Assembly (NCBI RefSeq): GCF_006345805.1
Contig: NW_021833417.1
Span: forward strand, 66,019-130,018
Length of the DNA: 64,000 nucleotides
From: Octopus sinensis
Taxonomy: Eukaryota
Direction: 5' to 3'
Below the pieces are notes generated by a model that ran no database searches, was not told the origin of the DNA, and saw nothing but the letters and a program-made list of their open reading frames with translations. Positions 36,492-48,040 of this stretch are shown here, piece by piece; position 1 is the stretch's first letter, and every line of letters begins with the position of its first letter. A program made the translations under genes and the position numbers.

Positions 36492-37776
36492 TTATTTTGA
36501 GAAATTGTGTCTAATTCTATTCCTCAACCGCAGTAGAAAGCCACAACACCTGTCTGAATCGCCGCTGCCCATCTCTTTATAAGAATTCCGGAACTTGCCA
36601 TTGACGGAACTCTAAAAACAAACAAAATAAGAGGAAACCTTAACGGAAGATACGACAGGAACAACCGTTTTCTGCCTAGGCTGAACAAATGAGCAGAACA
36701 AACTGACCACAGCGGGGTGTCTGCCGATCCAATCGAAGGCCCAGTCACACTGCAAGTTCTTACGAGCCAACAGCTTGTGAAACAGTCCTCTGAGATGACT
36801 ATAGTCTGGTTTATCAACAAAGCCTAATCCACGACAGTACGACAAAAATGTGCTGAACTCGACTAAAATAGGGACTAGCCAACTGACCTGGATATCCCTG
36901 ACATAATTCAGACACGGGAACTGTTTTCTTAGTCTCTCCTATCTTTTTATATCGATCAGTTATATTCTCAGCCTTCAGTCCCTGCCACGGCAAACTTCCC
37001 CGGAGAAAATAGAGGAGCATGTGCCCCAATGACTCCAAATCATCCCTCCTGCTCTGTTCTAACAATATGGCAGAAGGTGACCTCTCCCCAGGTGACTGTT
37101 GATGCTCATATAACGGGCTGTCCCCGTCAGACTTTTCTGTTCGCGGTAGGGAATGTGGTGGCCACTCTCCCGAATCATGTACTCCTTGGCCAGTCCAAAG
37201 TCGACTGAATGGACGAGGTGACATCTGTTGGGAGTAGACTGATGTCCCACCAGAAAGTTCTCAGGCTTTATATCTCTGTAAACAATGCCCTGTCCGTGAA
37301 TAAACTCCAGTCGATGCAACTATTATAAACTCGGGCAGACAACCAGCTGGATTGCCACCATCGAGACTGTCTTTACTGAAAACTTTCTGTTGCAACTGTC
37401 AAACAGATTCTCTAAACTAGGACCCAGTAGTTCCATGACCAGGGCGTTGTATCTCCCAGCTGGACCGAAGAAGAAGACGTGAGGGATCCCCTCTAAACAC
37501 GTGTTTAAGGACAGTCAACCTCCCCCACAAAGTCGACCATAAAATTTATATTCGAGATGGAGTTGGGGACTCTTGCACTTGATTAGTTCGAGTTTGACAG
37601 CCACGTATTCGTTTGTGTATAAATTACGGCCTGGAATGCTCGTATGTGGATTTACCAAGTCTAATTTCTCCGAAGTTTCCAGATCCTATTTTACGCCCAA
37701 TTCGATAGTTTGACCCGACCATGAGGATTCCTTTGTCTTGGTTGTGTCCGCTAATTGAATTTCTGGTATCTCCCAT
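36492..37776 (-). CDS. CSNK1G: Casein kinase I gamma (gilgamesh-like), 8 exons
   Basis: [56 protein letters not shown] and SRRDDLE. C-terminal CCGFLLR resembles the CK1-gamma palmitoylation motif. Introns of 23-30 nt. Confidence 0.92.
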
Positions 37777-38858
37777 TCCTCAAATGGCAAAATACGCCAC
37801 AGTAAAACAAAACTATGTTCAATTATTCATTTTTTAATTATTTCAAACAATCTTGTTTTTAGATAGTAATATAATGTAATTAATTATTTGATCTATTTAT
37901 ATCATTGTATTTAAATGATCTATGTATATTTGTTATTTCCATATTACTTGAATGTTTTCCAAAGACAAACATGTCTAAAGTTAATCCCAAAAATCGTCAA
38001 ATTAATATATTTTTGTAAGTGCTACTTAAGTTATATTCAAATAAGGAATGTTTTAACATTATACCATTTAAATCACATCTTCTTGTATCAGGAATCTGAA
38101 AAGACTGTCTACCAAGTTTGTACTAATGCAGATTTCAAATATTTTGTATTGAGCTAATACCATTGCTCAACTTTGCAATAGTCAAATTGTACATTATGCA
38201 GTTTGCATTAGAAATAAGGAAATTAAAAACTTCAAGACCAACTCTGAAGTGGAAGTGCGTAAATTCGACCTGGTTGTTCAATGAACTGGCAATTATCCAC
38301 AATGGTGGGGTGAACATGATGCGTTTGCTGTAAACTGGTGACGGAATTGTCAGAGTTTTACAAAAACCATAAAAATTGCCTAATGAGGACAATACAATCA
38401 ATCCACATATTCAGAGTACTCAGATGAGGAACACTCTGGAAACTATGGGAGTTGAATATAAAAATTGGGCAATTGACAAGGATTTGACGATTGGAGGAAG
38501 ACTGTTTAAAAAAGATTTAAAATAATAATGCAAGTCAGGAAGACTATCAACTCAAAGTAGACGCCAATATTGATCTTTTGACGAGGAAGAGACTGAGGGA
38601 GGGTTGGAGGGTGACTAGAAAAGAAACGAACAGATTCTGCCGAATTCGTTCTCATATTTAAAAACTGATTTGGCTAATTAATGGCTAATTAATACTATTG
38701 AAGAACCTCGGGGAGAAGATTATGGTAAAAACCAGACCTGACGTAAATGGGGAGTAATTTTTAACGGCCTGCCAATTTCTCTACTTTATGAAACATTATT
38801 TTTAATACTGGAGACATCTTAGCATCAATAATTATTATCGCCATGACAACTACTTTAT

Positions 38859-39357
38859 ATGGAGAGACCCATATTGCCAGTCATAATTGCAATCGCCCTG
38901 ATCAGTTGGCTCATTCTTGTTCTTATTATTATTTTTGTGATAAAATATTTCCAGGTCAGCTTAGTTTTTGTAATGCTAGAGAAAACGAGGGTACAATTGC
39001 TCATGTAATGATGGAATGTGCTGCAATGTTGAAGAATGCTGTTTTCAAGTATCAAAGAATTGTGACTGTGACTGTGGAGTATTCAATTGTTGTCTCCCGC
39101 AATTAGTTTAGTCAGACTAAAGATATTTTAGAACCAAAGAAGAATATTTGACTGCATTGCATGCCATTGCTGTTTCGGAGACGCCTGTATTGTATGTGTT
39201 TTAGATATAAACAAACTAGTTTGGAAATACCGCTATTCGAATTACATTTTCCCCCAAACCTCCAAACGTTTCTGGCTTTTGCTGTTGTTATTGGAGTGGA
39301 CTAGACGAATTAGTCGATAAAGGAAAAAATATTGAATTAGAGGGAAATCGACAATAA
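38859..39357 (+). CDS. Small single-pass membrane protein with a Cys-rich tail, 4 exons (not in ORF track)
   Basis: MERP, a TM helix (ILPVIIAIALISWLILVLIIIFVI), then RKRGYNCSCNDGMCCNVEECC...CDCDCGVFNCCLPQL-NQRRIFDCIACHCCFGDACI-FGNT...GFCCCYW. Three GT-AG introns of 25 (38955-38979), 26 and 28 nt keep one frame. Confidence 0.7.
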
Positions 39358-39849
39358 TAAACGTTATAGACTTCCTCTTTTAAAAATAAACGGATTCAGA
39401 AGATATGCAATATTTATAAATTAGCACAATTAATTCCATTTTCCCAAAGAATTTTTGCTTTACTATTTATGTGTCAGGCTTTTGTGGATAAAAGTCAAGT
39501 CATTGCCAAGCTGGAGAAGCACATGCTGTGTCTACCCGCGAGTAAGCTTTAAGACATGTCGACATAGATATGGTATCTCTTAGTGACCGGAGGGACTCTA
39601 TACATTTCTAAGTTGTAGAAAAACCGCATTGTTTGGTATGACAGGATGGTGTTTCGAGGCACTGGCGCTCACTATTGCCGACACTTACTTTTAACAAAGT
39701 CTAACTGAAGTCGATTAAAAAAGCATATTATTTACTCAACTCAATTCATTTGCTAAAAAACTGTCCTATTTTTTATGATCACGATAATTCATGTTAAAAT
39801 AATTTCAACAAAAATATTTGAACTAAAGAAGAATACTACTCTCGTTTAA

Positions 39850-40170
39850 TGTCAGAGGAATCGCTAAATCTTGGAAAAGAACAGCATTGTGCGAAGAACT
39901 GAAAAGATACAAAGTCTGTTGGATGTTTACATGAGACAAAACTGCATTAGAAGAGGAACTGTCGGGCTATCACTTCATCTCATTCCGAAGTGAATGCAGA
40001 CACTTTGGCCAAGGATTTGTAATAAAGAAGAAATTGAAATCAATGGTTCATCGCTTTTGGAGCACAAGGGACTTAACACAACTGGGTGCAGATAAGTCTC
40101 TACAGGATTATATGCAGTCACCTTTCTTAAGAGGACTCTGGAGAGTGTCTCGTTTGATGCTCGAGAGTGT
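39850..40170 (+). mobile_element. Fused fragments: RTE endonuclease piece joined to the 3' end of an R4-like element
   Basis: GYHFISFRSECRHFGQGFVIKKKLK is followed near 40070 by TQLGADKSLQDYMQS..LKRTLESVSFDAR, which matches 53488-53739. Confidence 0.55.
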
Positions 40171-40374
40171 TCTCTTTCACTAGAGAACTAAAATATCTGT
40201 AAGCGACGTATATAGCTTTTTTACTTGGTCTTTTTATTAAAATCAGTCGTTTTTAAAACTTTCCTTCCATCCTAAAGTTTTTTCGAAAGGTATAATTTGA
40301 CTTTTTACAGATGTGTTTAACTCCATTACAGTTTCTTTTTTTCGGAGTATGGAAGTGCTATTCTTAAAGTCTTT

Positions 40375-43300
40375 ATTTTTTTTTAACAAACCAATGTTTA
40401 ATAAAAATTAATTATGTAAATTCTATCTTAAATTATTTAAGAATCCAGATCGTCAGTGATTTCTCTTCTTCGCTTGGAAGAAGAGTTTGCAACAAAATTC
40501 TCATCATTTTCCATTTCTGCGTCAAAGTAATTGTTCAACTGAGTGTCCTCACGACATGCCAGCTCCGCAAGTTGATTGGCGGCAGAGGCGTACTCCTCGT
40601 TGTCTACCTTCATCCCATGTCTGTGTTCAATAAGCATACTCTCTAGAGTCCTCTTCAGCACAACCGACTGGATGTATGTCCTCGTTCCTTCTTCAATGGA
40701 TAATTTGTCCATATGACTTTTAAAGAACTTTGAGACAACTCCATCCCATGTCAAGACAATTGGAATAATCTTCACTTTTGCTTCATAGAGAACCGACAGT
40801 TCGTTTGCAAGCAGGTCATATTTGTGAAATTTCTCCACTTCAACTTGCTTTAAACGGTCTTGCGAGGTAACTCCCACTTCGATTAAATGAATTTCTCTTT
40901 TCCTCTTGTCATAAACGAAGATATCAGGTTTATTGAATTGAACCTTTGTTTCAGTCATAATTGAAGTGTCAACTCTGATTTCGACATTTTGGGTCGACAT
41001 TGTTGACACGACTGAATGTCCTTTCAATTTCCTGCTTCGTTTTATTCCATACATTCGACACAAGTGGAGATGAATACACTTTACCACTTCGTTGTGTCTT
41101 CGGAGATAATCACTGTTTAGCATCCTACCACACCGCGTGGCTAGATGGTCAACAGTCTGCCTGCTTTTTTTGCAGTGGACGCATAGTGATCCCGTGTATG
41201 CAAAGAACAAATTCCTATCTTGCAAAAGACAGTACAATGCTTCGCTTCGTGGACCATTGTTCCCTTTCGATAGCCATTGCGAAGAAGTAGATATGTCGAC
41301 ATCTGATTCCTCCATACATTTGAACATCACCGAGTGTAGTGATTTACTGTTAATTCGGTTAAGCAAGAGTTTCCTTTGTGCGTCCTTCAGTAACTCAATG
41401 GTCAGATTTTCCCTGCCGACAGCTGCATATTTGGAGACAAGAAATTCTGCGATTGTGGCTAAGTGCCATTTTTTTCCTTTTATTACTCGCAGAATACCCG
41501 ACCTCCGCAGACAGGTAGTCGACTGTTTTTCCAAACTTTTAAGAAACTGGAAGAGCATTAATTCGCTTTTGAAAGAAATTGAGGCAAGTCCTCTTCCAAG
41601 GGTCTTGCGGTCCAAATACAACCTCTCCTTATTTGCAGGCTGGAGGTGTAACTTGAGAGTCGTAAGTAATCGGCGTATTTGTTGGTCAATCTCATCAAAT
41701 TCGTAAGGTTCAATATTGATTAGCCCAATATAATAATTATATAGGGATAATGCATATTCATTGATTCCACGAAACAAATTTACAGCATTCAGGTTTGTTT
41801 TTGACAACATAGTTATCCTCTTCTTGACATTCTCCAATATGGAGTCCATAACTTTATTCTTGAGAACATTACTTCCGCCATCTTCAAGTACACCCAAGTA
41901 GCGATATCCGTTGATTCCATCGACAGTCTCACAGCATGATAAAGATTCCACATTAGATGCTGATTTTTCGGAATTCATCTCTAGGCCGACACTTTCAAAA
42001 AATCCATTAACAGCCTCCATCATTTTGACTAACACATCTTCTTTGAGGGCAACTATTTTCAGATCGTCAATAAAGAAGAAATGATTGGTGGAGTATGTCA
42101 ACATATTGGGATCTTCCCGACTAATTTCGAGTTTGGGAAACATGGAGTTAAGCATCCTGCTTAGGGGATCCATCGCCATAACGAATAGCAGCGGGGACAA
42201 TGAATCTCCTTGGAGTATTCCCCGGCTTAACTTTACTTTCCCAATTCTTTTCCCATCGATATGTAAGTTTACTGTCCACTTCTTGACTATGTTCTTTACA
42301 AAGCTGACAATCCAATGTGGTATTCCAGAGCAATCCAATACGTGGAACAAGAACTCGTGATCAACTGAGTCAAATGCCTTCTTCACATCGACCCAAGCAG
42401 AATAGAGGCCATTTCCATACTCCTTATTTAAGCATTGGTTAATGAGGGCTTGCTCTTGGCGCCTTGACATTGCTTCCTCGTCCCAAGCTGATTATCTGAG
42501 ATTAAGCCAAATGCCTCGATGAAATCGGCCAGTTTGGCATTAACACATTTGGTGACAAGTTTATACAAAGTTGGCATACACGTTATAGGGCGTAAGTCCT
42601 TCGGGGTCTCACACTCACTTTTTTAGGGATCAAGTAAGTTACGCCAGTGTAAAACCAGCTATCAGGCGTGTACTCTCCATTAATTATTCGGACTATCTCT
42701 TTACACAGAACCCATGCAAAGAATCCATCTTCTTTAAGAAAAAGTTATACGTTCCGTCGCATCCGCATGCCTTCCAGTCAGGTGCATATTTGAGCATATC
42801 CATAATAAAATCACTTGTGAATTGAGGTCGCATGGTTTCACCGCCAGTACACCTCACACCCACAAAATCATAAACTACGGGCCCCATATTTTTCTTGCTC
42901 CAGACATCTTCCCAAAATGATAAGCACTCACCATCACCAAACCCATACAGGGTGGCTTCGTTGCTCGAAGATAAGTTTCGATAAAATCTTCTGCGGTTTA
43001 ATTCAAAACACGCATTGTCTTTCCGGAAATTTTTCCTCGAGGAATGGATAGATATCTGTTTCTTTTTGATTCTAATTAGATCATTCAATAGAGTCTCAAT
43101 TCTGGTTAGCTCCCCCTTCTTAGACTTCTTATATCCGTAGCGGCAGAGAACATCCATTGCCTTTTGCTTTTCTGCCTGAGGCAAGGTTTGTTTGGAGAAG
43201 GAACGAACTGTGTCAATTTCATCTGCTAATTTAGAGATTTTTCTTTCCGTGTTTTCCAACCATGTGCTCTGTGGTCTGGCTCTCGTAGTTAAGGCCAAAT

Positions 43301-43950
43301 AAGCACACTGTGCAGCATATAGAATATCGGTAATTTGATTAATATCTTGGGGCGGATCATCTTTTGTAATATGATAAATTGCAGAATTTAATCCAGCCAG
43401 GATATCAGTTTTTACCATCCTTCGTTGCACCTTTGGAGTTGGCTTTCGAGAGTCTCTCTGAATAGACTGAACTTTCCCAATTTGGAATTTGAGTTCCTCT
43501 AGGCAATTTCTGAAACTGGAAATTTCTACGTCCACATCATCTTGCACTCTGGAAGAGTCGCATCTCCCTTGCACATTGTTATTCCGTCTAGCCATGCTCT
43601 TTAGTTGGCATAAACTGGAGCACTTTGCCGAGTACTTCTCATTGAACTTCTCCAGGACAAGGTTCCAACCACCTCTTGGCATCCTTCCAAGTCTTTGCTT
43701 CACGGCAAGGGCAATCTGAGACACCCATTCGCCTTCAGAGACACCATTGACATTTCCGATGATCGCAGAAAGAGAATGCATCACCAACAAGATCTTCTTT
43801 AACACCATTAGCTCTTGTGGCATTGTGAGGTCCCATAGGCGACGGTCCTGTCTTTTTTAAGTTCTTTTTATTTGCAGGAAGGCCCGTAGGTTTCGTTTTC
43901 CTTAACTGCTTGGAAACGTACATGCACACACCACAACAACTAAACAAATT
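40375..43950 (-). mobile_element. Near full-length R4/Dong-like non-LTR retrotransposon (RT, CCHC and REL endonuclease)
   Basis: LRPITCMPTLYK, AWVDVKKAFDSVDH, GILQGDSLSPLLF, FFIDDLK, CVHCKKSRQTVDHLATRC and KPDIFVYD..IEVGVT. The two long ORFs are linked by three 1-nt deletions. Confidence 0.92.
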
Positions 43951-44070
43951 TTTCCTTAAAGTCTTTATAAATTAATTTTAAAATAAAACGACAAAAATTT
44001 TATTAAATCAGAAAAAACAAAATTAACGAGAACAGAAAATTATTTAATCAGTTAAATGAGAAAAACACCC

Positions 44071-44907
44071 CTATGCCATCGCCTTAGAATTAAGTCGGCA
44101 ATCTAGTTTCAAATGATTGTTATTATGCTTGCATCTTTCCTTTAAGTAATTGAACTGATAACAGTAGACAGTCGGCAAATCTATAGACAGGCGGCCTTTA
44201 ATCACGTCAAATTTCTTGAATCCCAATTGTTTTAGTTTTGAAGAATTATCGCCCAATATAACAACTGAGTAGGGTCCGAACCTAAAATATCTCAGTCGTA
44301 ACAAATACAGTTTTTCTCCCCCCACATACTCCAAATTTTTAAGAAACTCAAAAGTTTGTAATTCATTAGGAACGGAAAAGATGATGAATCCAGTCAGTGC
44401 CTGGATCCAACTTAAATATTTCAAGTTCTCGATTCGAATAATTCTAATTATAGTAATTTGCAATCAGTACTCTTGAGGCCTCAAGTAAAGACTCCCGATT
44501 ATGACAGAACAACTCTCAAATTGATTGATATTCGAACTGGTGATCACAATGATTTCTTTCACGCCTTCACAAACTATTTTTTGTAAATAAAGACATTTCT
44601 AAACTATAAGAGTTGTTGAAAAGGTTCATTTTTATTGCGAGTCCGCCGATTAATACTTCCCGTTGTCCACAGTCCAACTCATTTTCACAATCGTGAATTA
44701 TTTGTGCTGTTAAAATGTGTGTGATCACAAAACTTTTAACAAGTGTAGCGCCACACGGATATTTTATGAAGGAAATTTGCTCTTCCCCGGAATCCAGCGT
44801 TATTCTTTTTGTTTTGTTGCATTCTATGTATAAATAATGAGTAAATTTTCACCTTGTGAAGTCACAAGAAAAACCAGGGAGCTTACAATCGCTAGATAAC
44901 CGAGCAT
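44071..44907 (-). CDS. Secreted receptor L-domain (EGFR/insulin-receptor L2-like) protein without TM or kinase
   Basis: Signal peptide MLGYLAIVSSLVFLVTSQ, then VCEGVKEIIVITSSNINQFESCSVIIGSLYL, LKYLSWIQALTGFII, FEFLKNLEYVGG and LKQLGFKK. Tiny introns; stop at 44071. Confidence 0.75.
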
Positions 44908-44932
44908 TTTAACGAACAGCAAACAAATATCC

Positions 44933-44939
44933 TTTTATA
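44933..44939 (-). promoter_or_regulatory. Candidate TATA box of the L-domain gene
   Basis: TATAAAA on the minus strand, ending about 25 nt upstream of the ATG at 44907. Confidence 0.4.
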
Positions 44940-44963
44940 TTAATCAGGTTCGTGAGTCTAGAG

Positions 44964-47210
44964 CAGGGTTTCTCAAGTTTTTTAACGTCGGGGCCAAATC
45001 GATAATTAACCATTGTCTTCGGGGCCGCAGAATAAATTAAATTAAAACTTTCATTAACTTTTAACTAATTTTTTTTTAGATTCATTTTTTATTCAGAAAC
45101 CGAGATAGTTAGTCTTAATTAATTAAAGGAAAATGACTAAAACGAAAAATTGTTAACTAAAACGAAAAATTGTTAGCTATTTTAACTAATTGTTAACTAA
45201 TTTGTCATAACACGGAATATAGGAGGCACATGTAGATCGCAAAAGCTGGCATAAGTGATTATCAGTCAATTTATTTCGATATTTATTTTTTATGTGAATC
45301 ATTTTACTGAAAATTGACTCACATAAATAAGTGGATCCGAACATTGAAGCATATTTATAAGCATTTATGAGTATATTCGGATATTTTTCTTTGGGAAGTG
45401 AACTATAAAATTCCATTAAATTTTCAATCTTTTGCACTGAGGTAAATTGCACATCTGATTGAAGGTCTATCAATTCTAATTGGAGTGATGGCGGAGCATT
45501 CTTAGGATCTATATTGAATGGTGCTGCAAAAATTTTCATTGATGGCAAAATTTCATCAAAATTCTTAAAATAAACTAATTTTAATAAACCTTAGAACGTT
45601 TTTCAAATTCAACAATAAGGTGACTGATAATGGTAGTATATTTTTCAAATGAACCGTTAGCTTTATTTTCACTCAAACAAGTAAAATGAATTGTATCTTT
45701 GAGCATTATTTGATCCCTCCAAAGTTTTAATTTTGATATAAAAGAAGCAATAGATCCATAGAGTTGATGGCAAAATTTATATTTCCCCTGTAATTCACAA
45801 TTTAACGACGATAAATGAGAGGTTAGATCTACCCAAAAAGCTAAATCGGCAATCCACTCTTTACTGCTCAACAAATCATGGTATTTGTGGTCTTTAACAA
45901 ATTCTCTTATTTGAGGGAGTAGTTCATAAAATCTAACTTCTATTCAAGCAAATATACCTTTTGAGGCACGCGGCACGACTCAACCATCGAACAGTGGTAT
46001 GGTAAAGCACATCATTATGCACTGTGTCAATTTCCACTAACATTTTTTTAATCTCCTGTGATTGAGAGATTTACCGCGTATCCAATTCACAATGGACAAC
46101 ACCGTACTTATTACATTTTGCATTTTAAGTGACTTTGCGATTATATTCTCCTGATGAATGATACAATGTTGCCAAAATATAGGATCAAGATTTTTTTCAA
46201 GTCTCCATTCTGAATAAAGTCCATGAAACCCTTTATTACGACCAATCATATTCGCCCCCCCATCAGTACATATGGAAATTATTTTGGAAGGATCAATGTC
46301 AAATTCTTTAATACTTTCAAGGAATTCGTTAAGTACATCCATTCCTTTTGTAGTGCCTTTTAATGAACGAAGAGAAAAAAATTCTTCAGAAATTTTAAAA
46401 TCCGAAGTGACACCTCTAATGCATACGACCATTTGTTCGGTATCAGAGATATCTTTACTCGTGTCGACAGCAAAAGAATGATATAAAAAATCTTTCGATG
46501 TTCTATAAAAATTATTTTTAATAGTAAAGAACTTGATTAGCTGACGGGCAAGGTCCTCAAAAAACATTCTATTCTTCTTGTAATATATCTATCATTACTT
46601 AATGGTAATCGTTTTGCAATATTTTGTATATTTGACGGACAACATTCATCACAAAAAATGGAAATAGCAGTTTTAATAATTTCTCCGTCAGAATAAGGTT
46701 TCATATTTACAGCAAGAAGGTGGCTAATTTTATAAGACGTTAATAACTGATGCTTATTTTCCACTGGTTTAAATATTGAGGACTGATTTTTAAATGACGT
46801 CTTTAATATATTGAGTTTTTTTTTCCTTGACTCTCCGAGATATAAATTGTATATTTCGGAGTGCTTCTTATAATGACGTTCAATAGTATAATTTTTCAAT
46901 GAATTAATGACACAGTTGCATATCAAACAAACAGCTTTACCATTCAGTTCAACGAAAAAAAACTTTTCTTCCCATTCAATTTGAAATTCTCTATTTTCTT
47001 GAGATAATGTTCGATATTTCTTTGATGGCATGAAAAAATACTCAACCTGAAATATATTTACAAACACGTGTAGTTAAAATATTATCTTTAATAATATTAA
47101 TTTACAATTAATTTTATATCCAAAATTTATTTTAAAGTTTGGAAGTCGGGGCCGCAAAAAAGATTCTCGGGGCCGCATGCGGCCCCGAGGGCCGCACTTG
47201 AGAACCCCTG
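44964..47210 (-). mobile_element. Full-length hAT (Buster/SPIN-like) transposon with a perfect 8-bp TSD
   Basis: GTCTAGAG at 44956-44963 and 47211-47218. 15-bp TIRs CAGGG[T/G]TTCTCAAGT. Subterminal GGGGCCGC motifs, including the palindrome CGGGGCCGCATGCGGCCCCG at 47168-47187. Confidence 0.97.
45186..47031 (-). CDS. hAT transposase with three tiny GT-AG introns
   Basis: BED-like CLICN..H, SFAVDTSKD, ICTDGGANMIG, HCIIHQE, VRWLSR and MFGSTYLCESIFSKM. Introns at 46503-46532, 45933-45957 and 45564-45589, plus two 1-nt homopolymer deletions. Confidence 0.85.
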
Positions 47211-47229
47211 GTCTAGAGGGCGACAAATT

Positions 47230-48040
47230 CAATAATTGTCGCGCGCAATGGATTAAACGTGCGCCTAAAGTGAAACGATGTGGCCTTGAGAAAACCACGA
47301 AAAACCTCGAAAATAAAATTAACAATCGAGATTGCGAGAGAAGTTTTTATGGCTGATCGATACATAGTACTTCATAATCTTGTTTGCAAGTTTGAGAGCG
47401 GGTTCCGAGGAATTGTGGGCAACGGCCTCAGTTCCTCCGTCCTCCTCGCCGATAAGGCAATTAATCCTTCTTAGCGTTTTCCAGAAGGTGGCGCAGGAAT
47501 TTCTGTGACATAATCGTCCAACGCGACGACTCCACTTGAGTCCGTTATTAGTCCGGATCAGTTCAGAAATTTTGATATTCAACGAACGTATAGTATGATA
47601 TGATTCATTGGACTTGTTTTTCTTCAGGGCATCCCGTTCTTTGATAAGTGATAGGATTTGTGATGATAATCTTGGATTGAACTTCTTATATGAAGCGACA
47701 GGTATAAATAATTTATCGGCTTGCAAAATGATAGTAGACAGGATCTTGGCCGTCCTTTCCACCGTGCAATTTTCCATAGAGAGATCGAGCAGGCAGTCGT
47801 CTACATACAGCCCGAAACCATGCCAGTTAGCCTTCGAGTAATTTTCGAACTTCGTAGGGCGGCGCGTTGGGCAGAAAGGCCTTCTAAGTGTCAGTACAAT
47901 GGGGTTATGGTCGCTCGAGAAGCCATAACGAACATTCCACGAGATATATCCAGCCAAGGATGGAGTGCAGAGAGACAGGTCCGGGGATGTTGGGCTGTCT
48001 CTTCTACGGGTTGGTGTCCTTGTATGAGCATATGGGAATT
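47230..48040 (-). mobile_element. I/Jockey-like ORF2 fragment (end of the endonuclease and linker)
   Basis: SPDLSL, FSSDHNPIVLTL, KANWHGF, LIKERDAL and FWKTLRR. Confidence 0.75.

Noticed and set aside
38135-38700. 88-aa minus-strand ORF and adjacent GC-richer stretch
   Set aside because: No motif or coherent splice model; possibly decayed TE sequence, but I cannot support a call.
43830-43950. Hammerhead or HDV-like ribozyme in the R4 5' leader
   Set aside because: Hairpins are possible, but I find no CTGANGA core and cannot build the HDV double pseudoknot by eye.
12005-46570. Programmed frameshifting at the -1 sites in ATP6V1H, the R4 element and the hAT transposase
   Set aside because: All are single-base losses in homopolymer runs. 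One such site in the LRR gene is correct in the duplicate copy, so assembly error is simpler.
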